From Scytonema sp. NUACC26 (lineage in GTDB: Bacteria; Cyanobacteriota; Cyanobacteriia; Cyanobacteriales; Nostocaceae): a stretch of 32,000 nucleotides of DNA. The stretch is from positions 37,824 through 69,823 of the forward strand of contig NZ_BAACAP010000227.1 in assembly GCF_045865695.1 (NCBI RefSeq), read 5' to 3'. A program made the translations under genes and the position numbers. The notes beneath the pieces were generated by a model. That model did no database searches, was not told the origin of the DNA, and saw only the letters and a list, made by a program, of their open reading frames with translations. Below are positions 1 through 9,845 of this stretch, in pieces. How positions within the stretch are numbered: the stretch's first letter is position 1; every line of letters starts with the position of its first letter.

Positions 1-4
1 AGAA

Positions 5-2518
5 TTGAGCAATCAATTGGCGCATTATCTGATAGCTAATGATGTGAAACCTCAAGATGTGGTTGCTATTTACGGGGAAAGAAGTGCTTTGCTTGTTGTG
101 GCAATTTTGGGTGTTTTGAAAGCTGGTGGGGCTTTTGTTGTTCTCGATCCGGCTTATCCTACTTCTCGATCCATTGATTGTTTGGAGTTGGTTCGGTCGC
201 GTGTTTTGTTGACAGTTGGTTTGGATTCTGAATTTTTGATGGAATGGAACCGCAGATGCACGCAGATGGACGCGGATGAGGGTTTCTGCTGTTTGGATGT
301 TTCTTATGATTCTATTTTAGTGGCGTTGCAAAGTTATCCTAAGAGTTGCCCGGAAGTGAGGGTGGAACTTGATGATTTGGCTTATGTTGCTTTTACTTCT
401 GGTTCTACAGGTAAACCTAAAGGTATTAAGGGGAGTCATAGACCTTTATCTCATTTTGTGGAATGGCATCAACAGTCTTTTGGTTTGTGCGAATCGGATA
501 AGTTTAGTCTGCTTTCTGGTTTATCTCATGACCCTTTGTTAAGAGATATTTTTACTCCCTTGTCATTGGGGGCGACTTTATGCATTCCTCAGCAAGAGGA
601 AATTGAGACATTAGATCGGTTAGCTGATTGGATGCGCGTGATGGGGATTAATGTTGCTCATTTGACACCAGCTATGGCACAATTACTGACGGCGAATATT
701 GAGAGTGAGATGGCGGATTTACGTTACCTGTTTTTTGCTGGTGATGTGCTAAAGTCACAAGATGTTACCAATATCCGTCGTTTTGCTCCTAACGTAACTT
801 GTGTCAATTTTTATGGTGCTACTGAAACACCCCAAGCTATGGGTTATTTTGTTGTACCTGAAGATTTTGGTGTTAATAGCCTAATACCTTTGGGTCGAGG
901 TATTGAGGGCGTACAATTACTTGTTCTGACCCAAAGCCTACAGTTAGCTGGGGTTGGTGAGATAGGAGAGATTTATGTTCGCACTCCTTACTTATCTTCT
1001 GGTTATGTTGGTGACGACGATCTAACTCAAGAACGTTTTATTGTCAATCCATTTACTAAGATTGCGACTGACCGACTTTATAAAACGGGAGACTTGGGGC
1101 GTTACTTACCTAACGGTAACATTGAGTTTTGCGATCGCATTGACGATCGAGTCAAGCTTCGTGGGTTCCGAATTGAGTTAGGCGAAATTGAAGTTGTGTT
1201 GACTCAACTTCCCTGTGTCCGAGAAGTTGTAGTTCTTTTAAGAGAGGATATTCCTAGTGAGAAGCAGTTAGTAGCATACGTTATTCCCAAGGAAAAACAA
1301 AGTTCTACAGCCAACGAACTCAGACAATTTCTCACAGAAAAGCTTCCTAGATACATGATTCCAGCTTCCTTTGTGATGTTAGAGACACTACCCCTAACTC
1401 CTAACGGTAAACTCAATCGCGCTGCCCTTCGGGTACCCGAAGTAGAAAAGAAAACCTTCATTGCTCCTCGAAACGAGTTAGAACGTGAGTTGGTAGAGAT
1501 TTGGGAACGAGTCTTAGGTCAACCTGTTGGCGTGAGAGATAACTTTTTTGAGCTTGGAGGACATTCTTTACTAGCAGTGAAGCTATTCGCCCAAATCGAG
1601 CAAAAATTTAACCAAAAACTTCCTCTTACCACTCTTTTTCAAGCGGGTACTATAGAAGACATTGCCAGAATACTTTATCAGTCTCTTTCTCAGTCTAAAG
1701 AAGAATTTACCCAATGGTCGTGCTTAGTTCCAATTCAACCCAAAGGTTCTAAATCACCATTGTTTTGCATTCATCCCCTTGGTGGAGAAATTTTGTGTTA
1801 CTACTCGTTAGCAAAGCATCTTGGTTTAGATCGACCGTTTTATGGGGTACAGCCACAAGGAATAGAAGGAAAATTGCCTTTCTTGACCAAAATAGAAGAC
1901 ATGGCAGCGCTTTATATTAGAGAAATTCAGTCCATTCAACCGAAAGGTCCTTATTTTCTGAGTGGTTATTCTTTAGGTGGTATTATTGCTTACGAAATGG
2001 CACAACAACTTTGCTTACAAGGTGAAGAGATTGGAATGCTTGCCATACTTGATACTTGTCTTCCTGGGTATAGCAGTCGATTGCCATTCTTGAAACGAAC
2101 GTTGATGCATATCAGTAACTTGTTAGAACAGGGACCTGCTTACCTGTGGCACAAGTTTAATAGTTTGACAGAATGGACTCAACACAACATCACAAATAAG
2201 TATTTAGAACATTTAAAGATGTCAGAACCTTTACCTGACAACGATTTGCACGTAGCCCTGATGGATGCCAACGTACAAGCCATCAAAGAATATAATTTGA
2301 AGAAATACTCAGGTAAAGTAACTCTTTTGCGAACTTCCGATAAACAACGAGATAAAGAAAAAGCCGTGGGAGTGCAATACGATCCGCACTTTGGTTGGAG
2401 TAGTGTAGTGACAGGAGAAATCAATGTTCGTCTTGTTCCCGGTTCTCATCTGACTTTGTTTGAGGAACCTCATGTTAAAGTGCTAGCGGAACAATTAAGG
2501 TTAGGGATTGGGGATTAG
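5..2518 (+). CDS. Non-ribosomal peptide synthetase, terminal module fragment (adenylation - thiolation/PCP - thioesterase); 5' end cut by the window edge
   Basis: A-domain core motifs in order: LKAGGAFVVLDP (A2), TSGSTGKPKG (A3), FYGATE (A5), GEIYVRTPYLSSGY (A6), YKTGDLGRY (A7), DRIDDRVKLRGFRIELGEIE (A8), LPRYMIP (A9), NGKLNR (A10). PCP motif FFELGGHSLLAVKL. TE alpha/beta-hydrolase GYSLGG. The ORF runs to the window start with no upstream stop. Confidence 0.9.
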   Translation: MSNQLAHYLIANDVKPQDVVAIYGERSALLVVAILGVLKAGGAFVVLDPAYPTSRSIDCLELVRSRVLLTVGLDSEFLMEWNRRCTQMDADEGFCCLDVSYDSILVALQSYPKSCPEVRVELDDLAYVAFTSGSTGKPKGIKGSHRPLSHFVEWHQQSFGLCESDKFSLLSGLSHDPLLRDIFTPLSLGATLCIPQQEEIETLDRLADWMRVMGINVAHLTPAMAQLLTANIESEMADLRYLFFAGDVLKSQDVTNIRRFAPNVTCVNFYGATETPQAMGYFVVPEDFGVNSLIPLGRGIEGVQLLVLTQSLQLAGVGEIGEIYVRTPYLSSGYVGDDDLTQERFIVNPFTKIATDRLYKTGDLGRYLPNGNIEFCDRIDDRVKLRGFRIELGEIEVVLTQLPCVREVVVLLREDIPSEKQLVAYVIPKEKQSSTANELRQFLTEKLPRYMIPASFVMLETLPLTPNGKLNRAALRVPEVEKKTFIAPRNELERELVEIWERVLGQPVGVRDNFFELGGHSLLAVKLFAQIEQKFNQKLPLTTLFQAGTIEDIARILYQSLSQSKEEFTQWSCLVPIQPKGSKSPLFCIHPLGGEILCYYSLAKHLGLDRPFYGVQPQGIEGKLPFLTKIEDMAALYIREIQSIQPKGPYFLSGYSLGGIIAYEMAQQLCLQGEEIGMLAILDTCLPGYSSRLPFLKRTLMHISNLLEQGPAYLWHKFNSLTEWTQHNITNKYLEHLKMSEPLPDNDLHVALMDANVQAIKEYNLKKYSGKVTLLRTSDKQRDKEKAVGVQYDPHFGWSSVVTGEINVRLVPGSHLTLFEEPHVKVLAEQLRLGIGD
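250..277. repeat. 28-nt dispersed repeat embedded in-frame in the NRPS A domain; inverted copy of 2568..2595
   Basis: The reverse complement of 250..277 (atccgcgtccatctgcgtgcatctgcgg) matches 2568..2595 (atccgcgtccgtctgcgttcatctgcgg) at 26 of 28 positions. It encodes RRCTQMDAD between motifs A2 and A3. Confidence 0.6.
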
Positions 2519-2542
2519 GGATTAGGGATTGGGCATTGGGTT
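2501..2542. repeat. STRR-type heptamer array (TTAGGGA/TTGGGGA, 6 units) containing the NRPS stop codon
   Basis: Direct reading: TTAGGGA TTGGGGA TTAGGGA TTAGGGA TTGGGCA TTGGGTT. The NRPS C-terminus RLGIGD and its TAG (2516..2518) are encoded by the array. Confidence 0.8.
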
Positions 2543-2567
2543 TCCCAGTTTACTGGAGTACAAATTT

Positions 2568-2595
2568 ATCCGCGTCCGTCTGCGTTCATCTGCGG
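2568..2595. repeat. Intergenic copy of the 28-nt dispersed repeat also present (inverted) at 250..277
   Basis: See 250..277. Translating it gives the spurious SVCVHLRL-type peptide seen in ORF 2536..2751. Confidence 0.6.
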
Positions 2596-2740
2596 TTAAA
2601 TTTCTCTTTAGTATTTTTTAGCCCGCACAAGCGGGCTTCATTTGCACAACTCCAGACTTCTAGCCTGAAGAGGTTAAATTCTTTGCGGCGAGATTTTAGA
2701 TTTTTTGAGGTAAATTCAAAATCTAAAATCCTGTTACAGA

Positions 2741-4894
2741 CTACCGATTAACTGCGGCTGCTTCTCGCGCTGCAGTTGCTTGGTCGGGGTGAATTCCCAA
2801 ACGGGTGAGATTAATCCTACCCTTGTTGTCAATCTCCCGCACTTTGACAATCACTTCATCACCAACTGCAACTTCATCTTCAACTTTACCAACGCGATAG
2901 TCCGCAAGTTGAGAAATGTGAATCATACCTTCTTTACCAGGTAAGAATTCCACAAACGCACCAATTGGTATAATACGTGTCACGCGACCTGCGTAAACAT
3001 CACCTTCGTTGAGCTTTCTCGTCATACCTTGGATAATATTACGCGCTCTTTTCGCCTTGTTTTCATCAAGGGCAGAAATCGTCACCGTACCATCATCTTC
3101 GATATCAATTTTTGCTCCTGTCTCTTCAGTAATGCCCTTAATTGTCTTACCTCCAGGTCCAATAACCAAACCAATGGTATCCGGATCGATCCGAATGGTC
3201 ATCAGACGTGGTGCAAAAGGTGACATTTCTGTGCGCGGTTGGTCGATGGTCTGGAGCATTTTCTCCAGAATGTGCAACCGTGCTGCTTTTGCTTGGTGGA
3301 CAGCTTGGGCAATAACTTCTAAGGGCAAACCGGAGATTTTCATATCCATTTGTAAGGCAGTAATCCCACTATCTGTCCCGGCGACTTTAAAGTCCATGTC
3401 GCCTAAAAAGTCTTCGATTCCTTGAATATCAGTAAGAACTCGAACTTCCTCACCTTCTTTGATCAAACCCATTGCTGCACCACTGACGGGTTTAGAAATG
3501 GGAACACCAGCATCCATTAATGCGAGTGTGGAACCGCATACGGAACCCATTGAGGTAGAACCGTTGGAAGAAAGGACTTCTGAAACGACTCGAATGACGT
3601 AAGGAAATTGTTCTTTTGGTGGTAGAACTGGCAACAAAGATCTTTCTGCAAGTGCTCCATGACCGATTTCCCTCCGACCGGGCGCACGTAAGGGTTTGGT
3701 TTCCCCTACGGAGAACGGTGGGAAGTTATAATGGTGCATATAACGCTTTTGTTGGTCTTGCTGCAAGTCATCGCTGAGGTATTGCATATCTCCCGGCGTA
3801 CCAAGAGTACAAGCAGACAGTACTTGAGTCAGACCTCGGTTGAACAACCCGCTTCCATGAACTCTCTTGGGTAAAAGATCCACCAGACAAGACACGGGGC
3901 GAACTTCATCTAGTTTGCGTCCATCAACCCGAACGTTGTCTTCGATGATTTGACGGCGCATGAACTTTTTGGTCAAATCCTTAAAGTTATTGTCAACCGC
4001 TTTGTCTGCTTTTGCGGCAATGCGAATGGAGTCTTCCTCAGATAGTTCCGCGATCGCACTTTCAATGGTAGCTTTAACTTCATCTAAAGCTGCATCGCGC
4101 TGTGTTTTGTCCAAATCAAATTGTGACAGGATTTTCTTAATATCTTCGGTTGCCCGTTCGCGTATAAAGTTCTCTAAGGTTGAGTCTACCTCTGGAGGTT
4201 CTTTTGTTATGATTTCTAACCCAAGTTCCGCAATCAAGTCTTGCTGTGCCTCGATCAGGTCTTGTACTGCTTCATAACCAAACTCAATTGCCTCAATAAT
4301 GTCCCTTTCTGGCAATTGATTCGCTCCTGCTTCCACCATGATGACACCATCTGGCGAACCAGCTACAATTAAGTCCAAATCGCCGGCTTCTATTTCCGCA
4401 TACGTGGGGTTAATGATAAAGTCATCACCGACTAACCCAACCCTGACTGCTGCCATTGGTCCGTTAAATGGTATTTTGGCAATAATTGTAGCGATAGAAG
4501 CACCTGTAACTGCTAGCACATCGGGTGGTACTAACTCATCCATGGACAGAGTTAGTGCAACAACTTGCAAATCGTCACGCAACCAAGACGGGAATAAAGG
4601 ACGTAAAGGACGGTCAATCAAACGGCTGGTCAGAGTTGCTCTTTCTGGCGGACGCCCTTCTCGGCGTAGCATGCCCCCAGGAATTCTACCTGCTGCATAC
4701 AGTCTTTCTTCATAATCTACCGTTAGGGGGAGGAAATCGATGCCTTCTCTGGCTTTCGAACTTGTAGCCGTCACTAAAACTGCTGTATCCCCAGATTGTA
4801 TCAACACCGATCCACCAGATTGGGGAGCTAATTGACCCACCTTCAGCCGAATATCCCGTCCGTCAAAGGATATTGACTTTTCAAATTCTCCCAT
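2741..4894 (-). CDS. pnp: Polyribonucleotide nucleotidyltransferase (PNPase)
   Basis: 717 aa. N-terminus [22 protein letters not shown], two RNase PH-like halves, FPPFSVGE and [15 protein letters not shown] motifs, a KH region ([22 protein letters not shown]) and a C-terminal S1 domain ([33 protein letters not shown]). Confidence 0.97.
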   Translation of the reverse strand: MGEFEKSISFDGRDIRLKVGQLAPQSGGSVLIQSGDTAVLVTATSSKAREGIDFLPLTVDYEERLYAAGRIPGGMLRREGRPPERATLTSRLIDRPLRPLFPSWLRDDLQVVALTLSMDELVPPDVLAVTGASIATIIAKIPFNGPMAAVRVGLVGDDFIINPTYAEIEAGDLDLIVAGSPDGVIMVEAGANQLPERDIIEAIEFGYEAVQDLIEAQQDLIAELGLEIITKEPPEVDSTLENFIRERATEDIKKILSQFDLDKTQRDAALDEVKATIESAIAELSEEDSIRIAAKADKAVDNNFKDLTKKFMRRQIIEDNVRVDGRKLDEVRPVSCLVDLLPKRVHGSGLFNRGLTQVLSACTLGTPGDMQYLSDDLQQDQQKRYMHHYNFPPFSVGETKPLRAPGRREIGHGALAERSLLPVLPPKEQFPYVIRVVSEVLSSNGSTSMGSVCGSTLALMDAGVPISKPVSGAAMGLIKEGEEVRVLTDIQGIEDFLGDMDFKVAGTDSGITALQMDMKISGLPLEVIAQAVHQAKAARLHILEKMLQTIDQPRTEMSPFAPRLMTIRIDPDTIGLVIGPGGKTIKGITEETGAKIDIEDDGTVTISALDENKAKRARNIIQGMTRKLNEGDVYAGRVTRIIPIGAFVEFLPGKEGMIHISQLADYRVGKVEDEVAVGDEVIVKVREIDNKGRINLTRLGIHPDQATAAREAAAVNR

Positions 4895-5280
4895 TCAGTT
4901 TTTTTTCCTTCTATTTTCGCTATCTCTCTCTGTGGCAATCCTAACATTTATGCACTAAGGCTGGTGTCAGTTGCACACAAAGATAAACAAGTGTAACCAT
5001 TCCTATTACTGAATGTAAATTCGGAACTCAATAAGTAAGTCTATGACAACTTTGGAGTTGTTCGATGTAAAATAAGAATTTGCGTGTATGCGATCGCCCA
5101 ATGGAAAAGGGGCTGGTTAAATTCTAGTGGAGTGAGCTAAAATCCCCGCTGGAAGTACACCATACGCCCTACTGTAAATTCCCGCAACTAGAGTATTGGG
5201 AGAGGATCGAACCAAAAAATTTTGGTAAAAGATTCAACAAGTTCAAAAGTTAGTTCGGTAAAAATCTGAGAATTTGTCAA

Positions 5281-8200
5281 ATGGCAATTTTACACGGTAG
5301 TTGGTTAATAAAGGATCGGGGTAGCTGTTTATTTATTTGGGGAGAAACTTGGCGGACTCTTGAAACTGGTGTTTGTAGGGATTTATCACGCGCAGAAGTC
5401 CCACAGCACCCATTGGCAATGACACCAGTGGAATTATACGAGTGGTTGCGAACGCATAACATAGCTATAGAAGCGCTCAACACAACGTCCCCACAAAATG
5501 GGCACAAAACAACCGATAATGGGCGGAGACGAAAATCCACAGAAACCACCATCAATTTACCAACTGACAGTCAGATTGTTGCCTTACCAACTAGTATTCA
5601 AAATGAAGAGGAAGCCCTATCGATTTCTCCAGCACATTCTGCCACATTAGGTACAGATGACAATGACACCCCGAAATATTTACAACCTTGGAAAGTAGAG
5701 GGCTTTTGTCTCAACCCCGAAGCCGCTACAAAATTTCTCACTTCTCTCCCCCTCAATATAAGTGACGAGGCAAGTCACTTTCGAGGAGGGGATTTACGTT
5801 TTTGGGGACAAATTGCTCGTTGGAGTTTGGATCTCATTTCTCGCTGTAAGTTTTTGCCTGTACTTCAACAGCAATCCGAGAATACTACAGTTGCTAAATG
5901 GCAAGCACTCCTAGATAGCGCCCAAGATGGAACTCGTTTGGAAAAGTTTTCTCAGTTAATGCCATTGGCTTGTCGGATGTATCGATTGGGGAACTCGGGG
6001 CCCCCTCTGGGGATAAGGGGCAATGGCGATTGGGGATTGGCGATTGGGGAAGGTTTGTATTCTCCAGTTTATGTTGATTTGCCAATTGAACCGCAAGAGT
6101 TGCTATTAGATTTTCTTAACAGTGCGGTAGATGCCCAAATACGAGGGATGGTAGGTTATCAACCGCCTGTGGAAGCTAGGATTATGGCATCTGTTCCATC
6201 CACAATACGACAGTGGTTGCATTCTCTAACGGCTGTAACTAATACAATCAGTGGGGATTCATTTGGGGTAGAACGACTAGAGGCGGCACTGAAGGCTTGG
6301 ACTTTGCCCTTACAATATCAAATGGGGGCAAAACATCAATTTCGCACCTGTTTTGTATTGCGACCTCCAGAATTAAACCAGCAAGATTGGATTTTGGCGT
6401 ATTATCTCCAAGCTGCTGACGATCCCAAGTTTTTGCTAGATGCAGCCACAATTTGGAACCAATCTGTAGAGAAGTTGGTTTATCAAAACCGGACGATTGA
6501 ACAACCACAAGAAACTTTTTTGCGGGGTTTAGGCTTAGCTTCGCGATTTTATTCACCTATTGCATCGAGTTTAGAAACTCCAAATCCTGAATTTTGTCGC
6601 CTCAATCCCGTGCAAGCCTATGAGTTTATTAAATCAACGGTGTGGCGTTTTGAGGATAGCGGTTTGGGAGTGGTTTTGCCTCCTACTTTGGAAAATAAAG
6701 GCACTATCGCAAATCGTTTGGGTTTGAAAATTAGCGCTCAAACACCAAAGAAAGCAAAGGAACGTTTGGGTTTGCAAAGTTTATTAAATTTTAAGTGGGA
6801 ATTGGCAATTGGCGGTCAAACTCTTTCTAAAGCGGAATTTGACAAACTAGTGGCATTAAACAGCCCTTTGGTAGAGATTAACGGCGAATGGGTAGAATTG
6901 CGATCGCAAGATATCAAAACAGCACAAACCTTTTTTGCTTCTCGCAAAGAACAAATGGCTTTGTCTTTAGAAGATGCTTTGCGAATTAGTATGGGTGACA
7001 CTCAGGTGATTGAAAAGTTACCAGTGGTTAGCTTTGAAGCATCTGGGGCATTGCAAGAACTCGTTACGACTTTAACAAATAACAAAGCTGTCGAAACAAT
7101 TCCAGCGCCTGCAAGCTTCCAAGGAAAATTACGTCCCTATCAAGAACGTGGCGTGGCGTGGCTTGCTTTCTTAGAACGTTGGGGCTTGGGTGCTTGTTTG
7201 GCGGACGATATGGGACTGGGGAAAACGATAGAACTCATTGCCTTCGTTCTCCATCTAAAAGAGCAAGAAGCATTGGAAAATCCAACTCTACTGGTTTGCC
7301 CAACATCAGTATTAGGAAACTGGGAACGAGAGGTCAAAAAATTTGCTCCTAACTTGAAAGTTTTACAATATCACGGTGACAAGCGACCCAAGGGAAAAGC
7401 ATTTGCAGAAGTGGCGAAAAAGCACGATTTAATTATTACTAGTTACTCCTTGGTTCATCGCGATGTAAAGTCTTTGCAAGGAGTTTCTTGGCAAATGATT
7501 GTTTTGGATGAAGCTCAAAACGTAAAAAATGCTGAGGCAAAACAGTCACAAGCAGTGCGGCAATTGGAAGCAACATTTCGCATCGCTTTAACGGGAACGC
7601 CAGTCGAAAATAGATTGCAAGAATTGTGGTCAATATTAGATTTTCTCAATCCCGGATATTTGGGCAACAAACAATTTTTCCAACGACGCTTTGCGATTCC
7701 TATTGAGAAATATGGCGATACTGCTTCCTTAACTCAGTTGCGTTCGTTAGTTCAGCCCTTTATCCTTCGTCGCTTGAAAACCGATCGGGAAATTATTCAA
7801 GATTTACCAGAAAAACAGGAAATGACTGTCTTTTGTGGGTTGACAGCCGAACAAGCAGAACTTTATCAAAAAGTTGTAGAAGATTCTCTAGGTGAAATAG
7901 ATTCAGCCGAAGGTTTGCAACGTCGGGGAATGATTTTAGCTTTGTTAAGTAAGCTCAAACAAATTTGTAATCATCCCGCACACTATTTGAAGCAGAACTC
8001 TTTGGTAAAACACCATTCCGGTAAACTTCAACGTTTGGAAGAAATGCTAGATGTTGCGATCGCAGGAGGCGACCGTGCTTTAATATTTACTCAATTTGCC
8101 GAGTGGGGTAAGTTACTTCAACCCTATTTAGAAAAGCAATTAAAGAGAGAAGCATTGTTTTTATATGGTAGTACCAGTAAAAAACAACGAGAGGAAATGA

Positions 8201-8571
8201 TTGACCGTTTCCAACACGACCCCCAGGGACCGCCAGTGATGATTCTCTCATTAAAAGCTGGAGGAGTGGGATTAAATTTAACAAGAGCAAACCACGTTTT
8301 CCACTTTGATAGATGGTGGAATCCAGCAGTGGAAAATCAGGCAACAGATAGAGTTTTTCGTATCGGTCAAACACGAAACGTACAGGTACATAAATTTGTT
8401 TGTACTGGGACTCTTGAGGAGAAAATTCACGACATGATTGAAAGTAAAAAACAACTTGCAGAACAAGTTGTCGGTGCGGGAGAAGATTGGTTAACAGAAA
8501 TGGATACCAATCAACTCCGTAACTTATTACTTCTCGATCGCAATGCTGTCATAGAAGAAGATGAAGAGTAA
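5281..8571 (+). CDS. SNF2/SWI2-family DNA-dependent ATPase/helicase with a long N-terminal extension
   Basis: 1096 aa. LRPYQERGVAWL (motif I region), LADDMGLGKT (Walker A), VLDEAQNVKN (DEAQ box), ALTGTPVENRL (motif III), C-terminal helicase lobe LIFTQF..., GGVGLNLTRANHVFHFDRWWNPAVENQATDRVFRIGQ (motifs V-VI). Confidence 0.9.
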   Translation: MAILHGSWLIKDRGSCLFIWGETWRTLETGVCRDLSRAEVPQHPLAMTPVELYEWLRTHNIAIEALNTTSPQNGHKTTDNGRRRKSTETTINLPTDSQIVALPTSIQNEEEALSISPAHSATLGTDDNDTPKYLQPWKVEGFCLNPEAATKFLTSLPLNISDEASHFRGGDLRFWGQIARWSLDLISRCKFLPVLQQQSENTTVAKWQALLDSAQDGTRLEKFSQLMPLACRMYRLGNSGPPLGIRGNGDWGLAIGEGLYSPVYVDLPIEPQELLLDFLNSAVDAQIRGMVGYQPPVEARIMASVPSTIRQWLHSLTAVTNTISGDSFGVERLEAALKAWTLPLQYQMGAKHQFRTCFVLRPPELNQQDWILAYYLQAADDPKFLLDAATIWNQSVEKLVYQNRTIEQPQETFLRGLGLASRFYSPIASSLETPNPEFCRLNPVQAYEFIKSTVWRFEDSGLGVVLPPTLENKGTIANRLGLKISAQTPKKAKERLGLQSLLNFKWELAIGGQTLSKAEFDKLVALNSPLVEINGEWVELRSQDIKTAQTFFASRKEQMALSLEDALRISMGDTQVIEKLPVVSFEASGALQELVTTLTNNKAVETIPAPASFQGKLRPYQERGVAWLAFLERWGLGACLADDMGLGKTIELIAFVLHLKEQEALENPTLLVCPTSVLGNWEREVKKFAPNLKVLQYHGDKRPKGKAFAEVAKKHDLIITSYSLVHRDVKSLQGVSWQMIVLDEAQNVKNAEAKQSQAVRQLEATFRIALTGTPVENRLQELWSILDFLNPGYLGNKQFFQRRFAIPIEKYGDTASLTQLRSLVQPFILRRLKTDREIIQDLPEKQEMTVFCGLTAEQAELYQKVVEDSLGEIDSAEGLQRRGMILALLSKLKQICNHPAHYLKQNSLVKHHSGKLQRLEEMLDVAIAGGDRALIFTQFAEWGKLLQPYLEKQLKREALFLYGSTSKKQREEMIDRFQHDPQGPPVMILSLKAGGVGLNLTRANHVFHFDRWWNPAVENQATDRVFRIGQTRNVQVHKFVCTGTLEEKIHDMIESKKQLAEQVVGAGEDWLTEMDTNQLRNLLLLDRNAVIEEDEE

Positions 8572-8581
8572 TTGAAAAATT

Positions 8582-9427
8582 ATGCAATCAAATCAAACAC
8601 TCCAAGCAAGTAGAGAATGGTGGTCGCAAAGGTGGCTGGATTTGTTAGATTCCTATCGGTTTAAAAAGCGGTTGGAACGTGGCAGAATCTATGCACGTGA
8701 GGGAAACGTTCTTAGTATTGAATTTAAAGGTGCAAGGGTTTTAGCTAAAGTTCAAGGAAGTGAGCCAGAACCTTATAAAGTTTCTCTTTCCCTCAACCCC
8801 TTTAGTAATGAGGAATGGGGTTTTGTGGCTGAAACTATGTCTAAAAAGGCAATTTTTCCTGCTAAGTTGTTGGCAGGCGAAATGCCACAAAATATAGAAG
8901 AGGTTTTTACTGCCAATGGTCTTTCTCTCTTCCCTTTTACTTTGTCAGATGTTCACAGTAAATGTTCTTGTCCTGATAAAGCAAATCCATGCAAACACGT
9001 TGCTGCTGTATATTATCAGTTAGGCGATCGCTTTAGTGAAGATCCGTTTGTCCTGTTCCAATTACGAGGACGTACCAAAGACCAGATTATTCGTAGTTTA
9101 CGTGAATTACGTAGCGATGGCAAGATAGAGACAGTAAACACAGAGAATGAGGAAACTCAGCGCGATGAGTCCCGACATACTACTTCCGTACCAGCATTGA
9201 GTTCTTTTTGGGAATACAATGAACCCCTAGAATCTTCTCTAGTGGTGATTGCACCTTCAAGTAGCGAAACTGTTTTGGATGCTTTAGGAGAAATTCCTCT
9301 GGCTAAAGAAGAAGAAAAAACAGCAAACTTGACAGTTGCTGATGTCGTGATGAAATACTTAGATACAGTTTATAAAGATGTCAGCCAGAAAGCTTTTCTA
9401 GCTGCTATGAACATTGGAGGGGGATGA
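8582..9427 (+). CDS. SWIM zinc-finger protein, co-operonic with the SNF2 ATPase
   Basis: 281 aa. CxCx(n)CxH signature CSCPDKANPCKH. The start is 8 nt after the SNF2 stop on the same strand. Confidence 0.85.
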   Translation: MQSNQTLQASREWWSQRWLDLLDSYRFKKRLERGRIYAREGNVLSIEFKGARVLAKVQGSEPEPYKVSLSLNPFSNEEWGFVAETMSKKAIFPAKLLAGEMPQNIEEVFTANGLSLFPFTLSDVHSKCSCPDKANPCKHVAAVYYQLGDRFSEDPFVLFQLRGRTKDQIIRSLRELRSDGKIETVNTENEETQRDESRHTTSVPALSSFWEYNEPLESSLVVIAPSSSETVLDALGEIPLAKEEEKTANLTVADVVMKYLDTVYKDVSQKAFLAAMNIGGG

Positions 9428-9511
9428 GGAAAAAATTTTACTTAATACTTTAGCGATATTGACTTATAGTGATTGAATGGTAAGGAGGCATAATCATCCA
9501 GTAAAGCCAAA

Positions 9512-9811
9512 ATGGAACTTCAAACCAAAATTATTACAGTAGAACTTGCTGATGGTACAAGTGTTCGAGTGGAAGCTATACAGATAGGCGATCGTAAGAT
9601 TAATTTTCAGTCTCGACCTTTTGAGGAAGTTACAACTGCTATTGAATCTCTAACGAAGGAAATTGCAGAGTCAGTGCGTAAGGTTAAGCCAGATAGAGCG
9701 ACTGTGAAATTTGGGGTTGATATTGCTGTTGAATCTGGTAAATTGACTGCTTTAGTGGTGAAGGGTGCAAGTAATGCCAATATCGAGATTACCTTAGAAT
9801 GGGGTCAGTAA
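9512..9811 (+). CDS. Small trypco2-like (trypsin-co-occurring domain 2 / CU044_2847-like) protein
   Basis: 99 aa. The layout resembles my memory of this family: an N-terminal beta segment (ITVELADGTSVRVEA), a central helix, and a C-terminal VKFGVDIAVESGKLTALVVKGASNANIEITLEW. The assignment is from memory only. Confidence 0.5.
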   Translation: MELQTKIITVELADGTSVRVEAIQIGDRKINFQSRPFEEVTTAIESLTKEIAESVRKVKPDRATVKFGVDIAVESGKLTALVVKGASNANIEITLEWGQ

Positions 9812-9845
9812 ATAAAAATGCCCTATAATTTTTACCCCACCCTAA

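Noticed and set aside
2620-2637. Hairpin AGCCCGC-acaa-GCGGGCT as an intrinsic terminator for the NRPS gene or pnp
   Set aside because: The T-run lies 5' of the stem on the + strand, so it reads as an A-run after the stem on the - strand. Neither orientation gives a canonical stem plus U-tract. It may still be structural, but I cannot assign it.
2536-2751. 71-aa ORF between the NRPS gene and pnp
   Set aside because: It is composed of translated repeat DNA (heptamer array, the 28-nt dispersed repeat, TCTAAAA units), has no RBS, and overlaps the pnp stop.
3009-4767. Several + strand ORFs (3009..3425, 3029..3223, 3960..4277, 4338..4715, 4525..4767) inside the pnp region
   Set aside because: They are antisense shadow ORFs of a confidently identified, full-length PNPase gene. 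Their Ser/Arg/Ala-rich low-complexity translations carry no motifs. The same reasoning applies to the short antisense ORFs within the NRPS, SNF2, ptuA, metallophosphoesterase, AAA_35 and ABC genes.
5193-5213. tRNA-like T-arm sequence on the minus strand (GGTTCGATCCTCTCCCAATAC), possibly a tRNA gene or an att-site remnant upstream of the SNF2 operon
   Set aside because: There is no complementary 5' half of the T stem, and no D arm, anticodon arm or acceptor pairing in the flanking sequence. At most it is a 3' tRNA fragment, and with no integrase or second copy in the window an island boundary cannot be supported.
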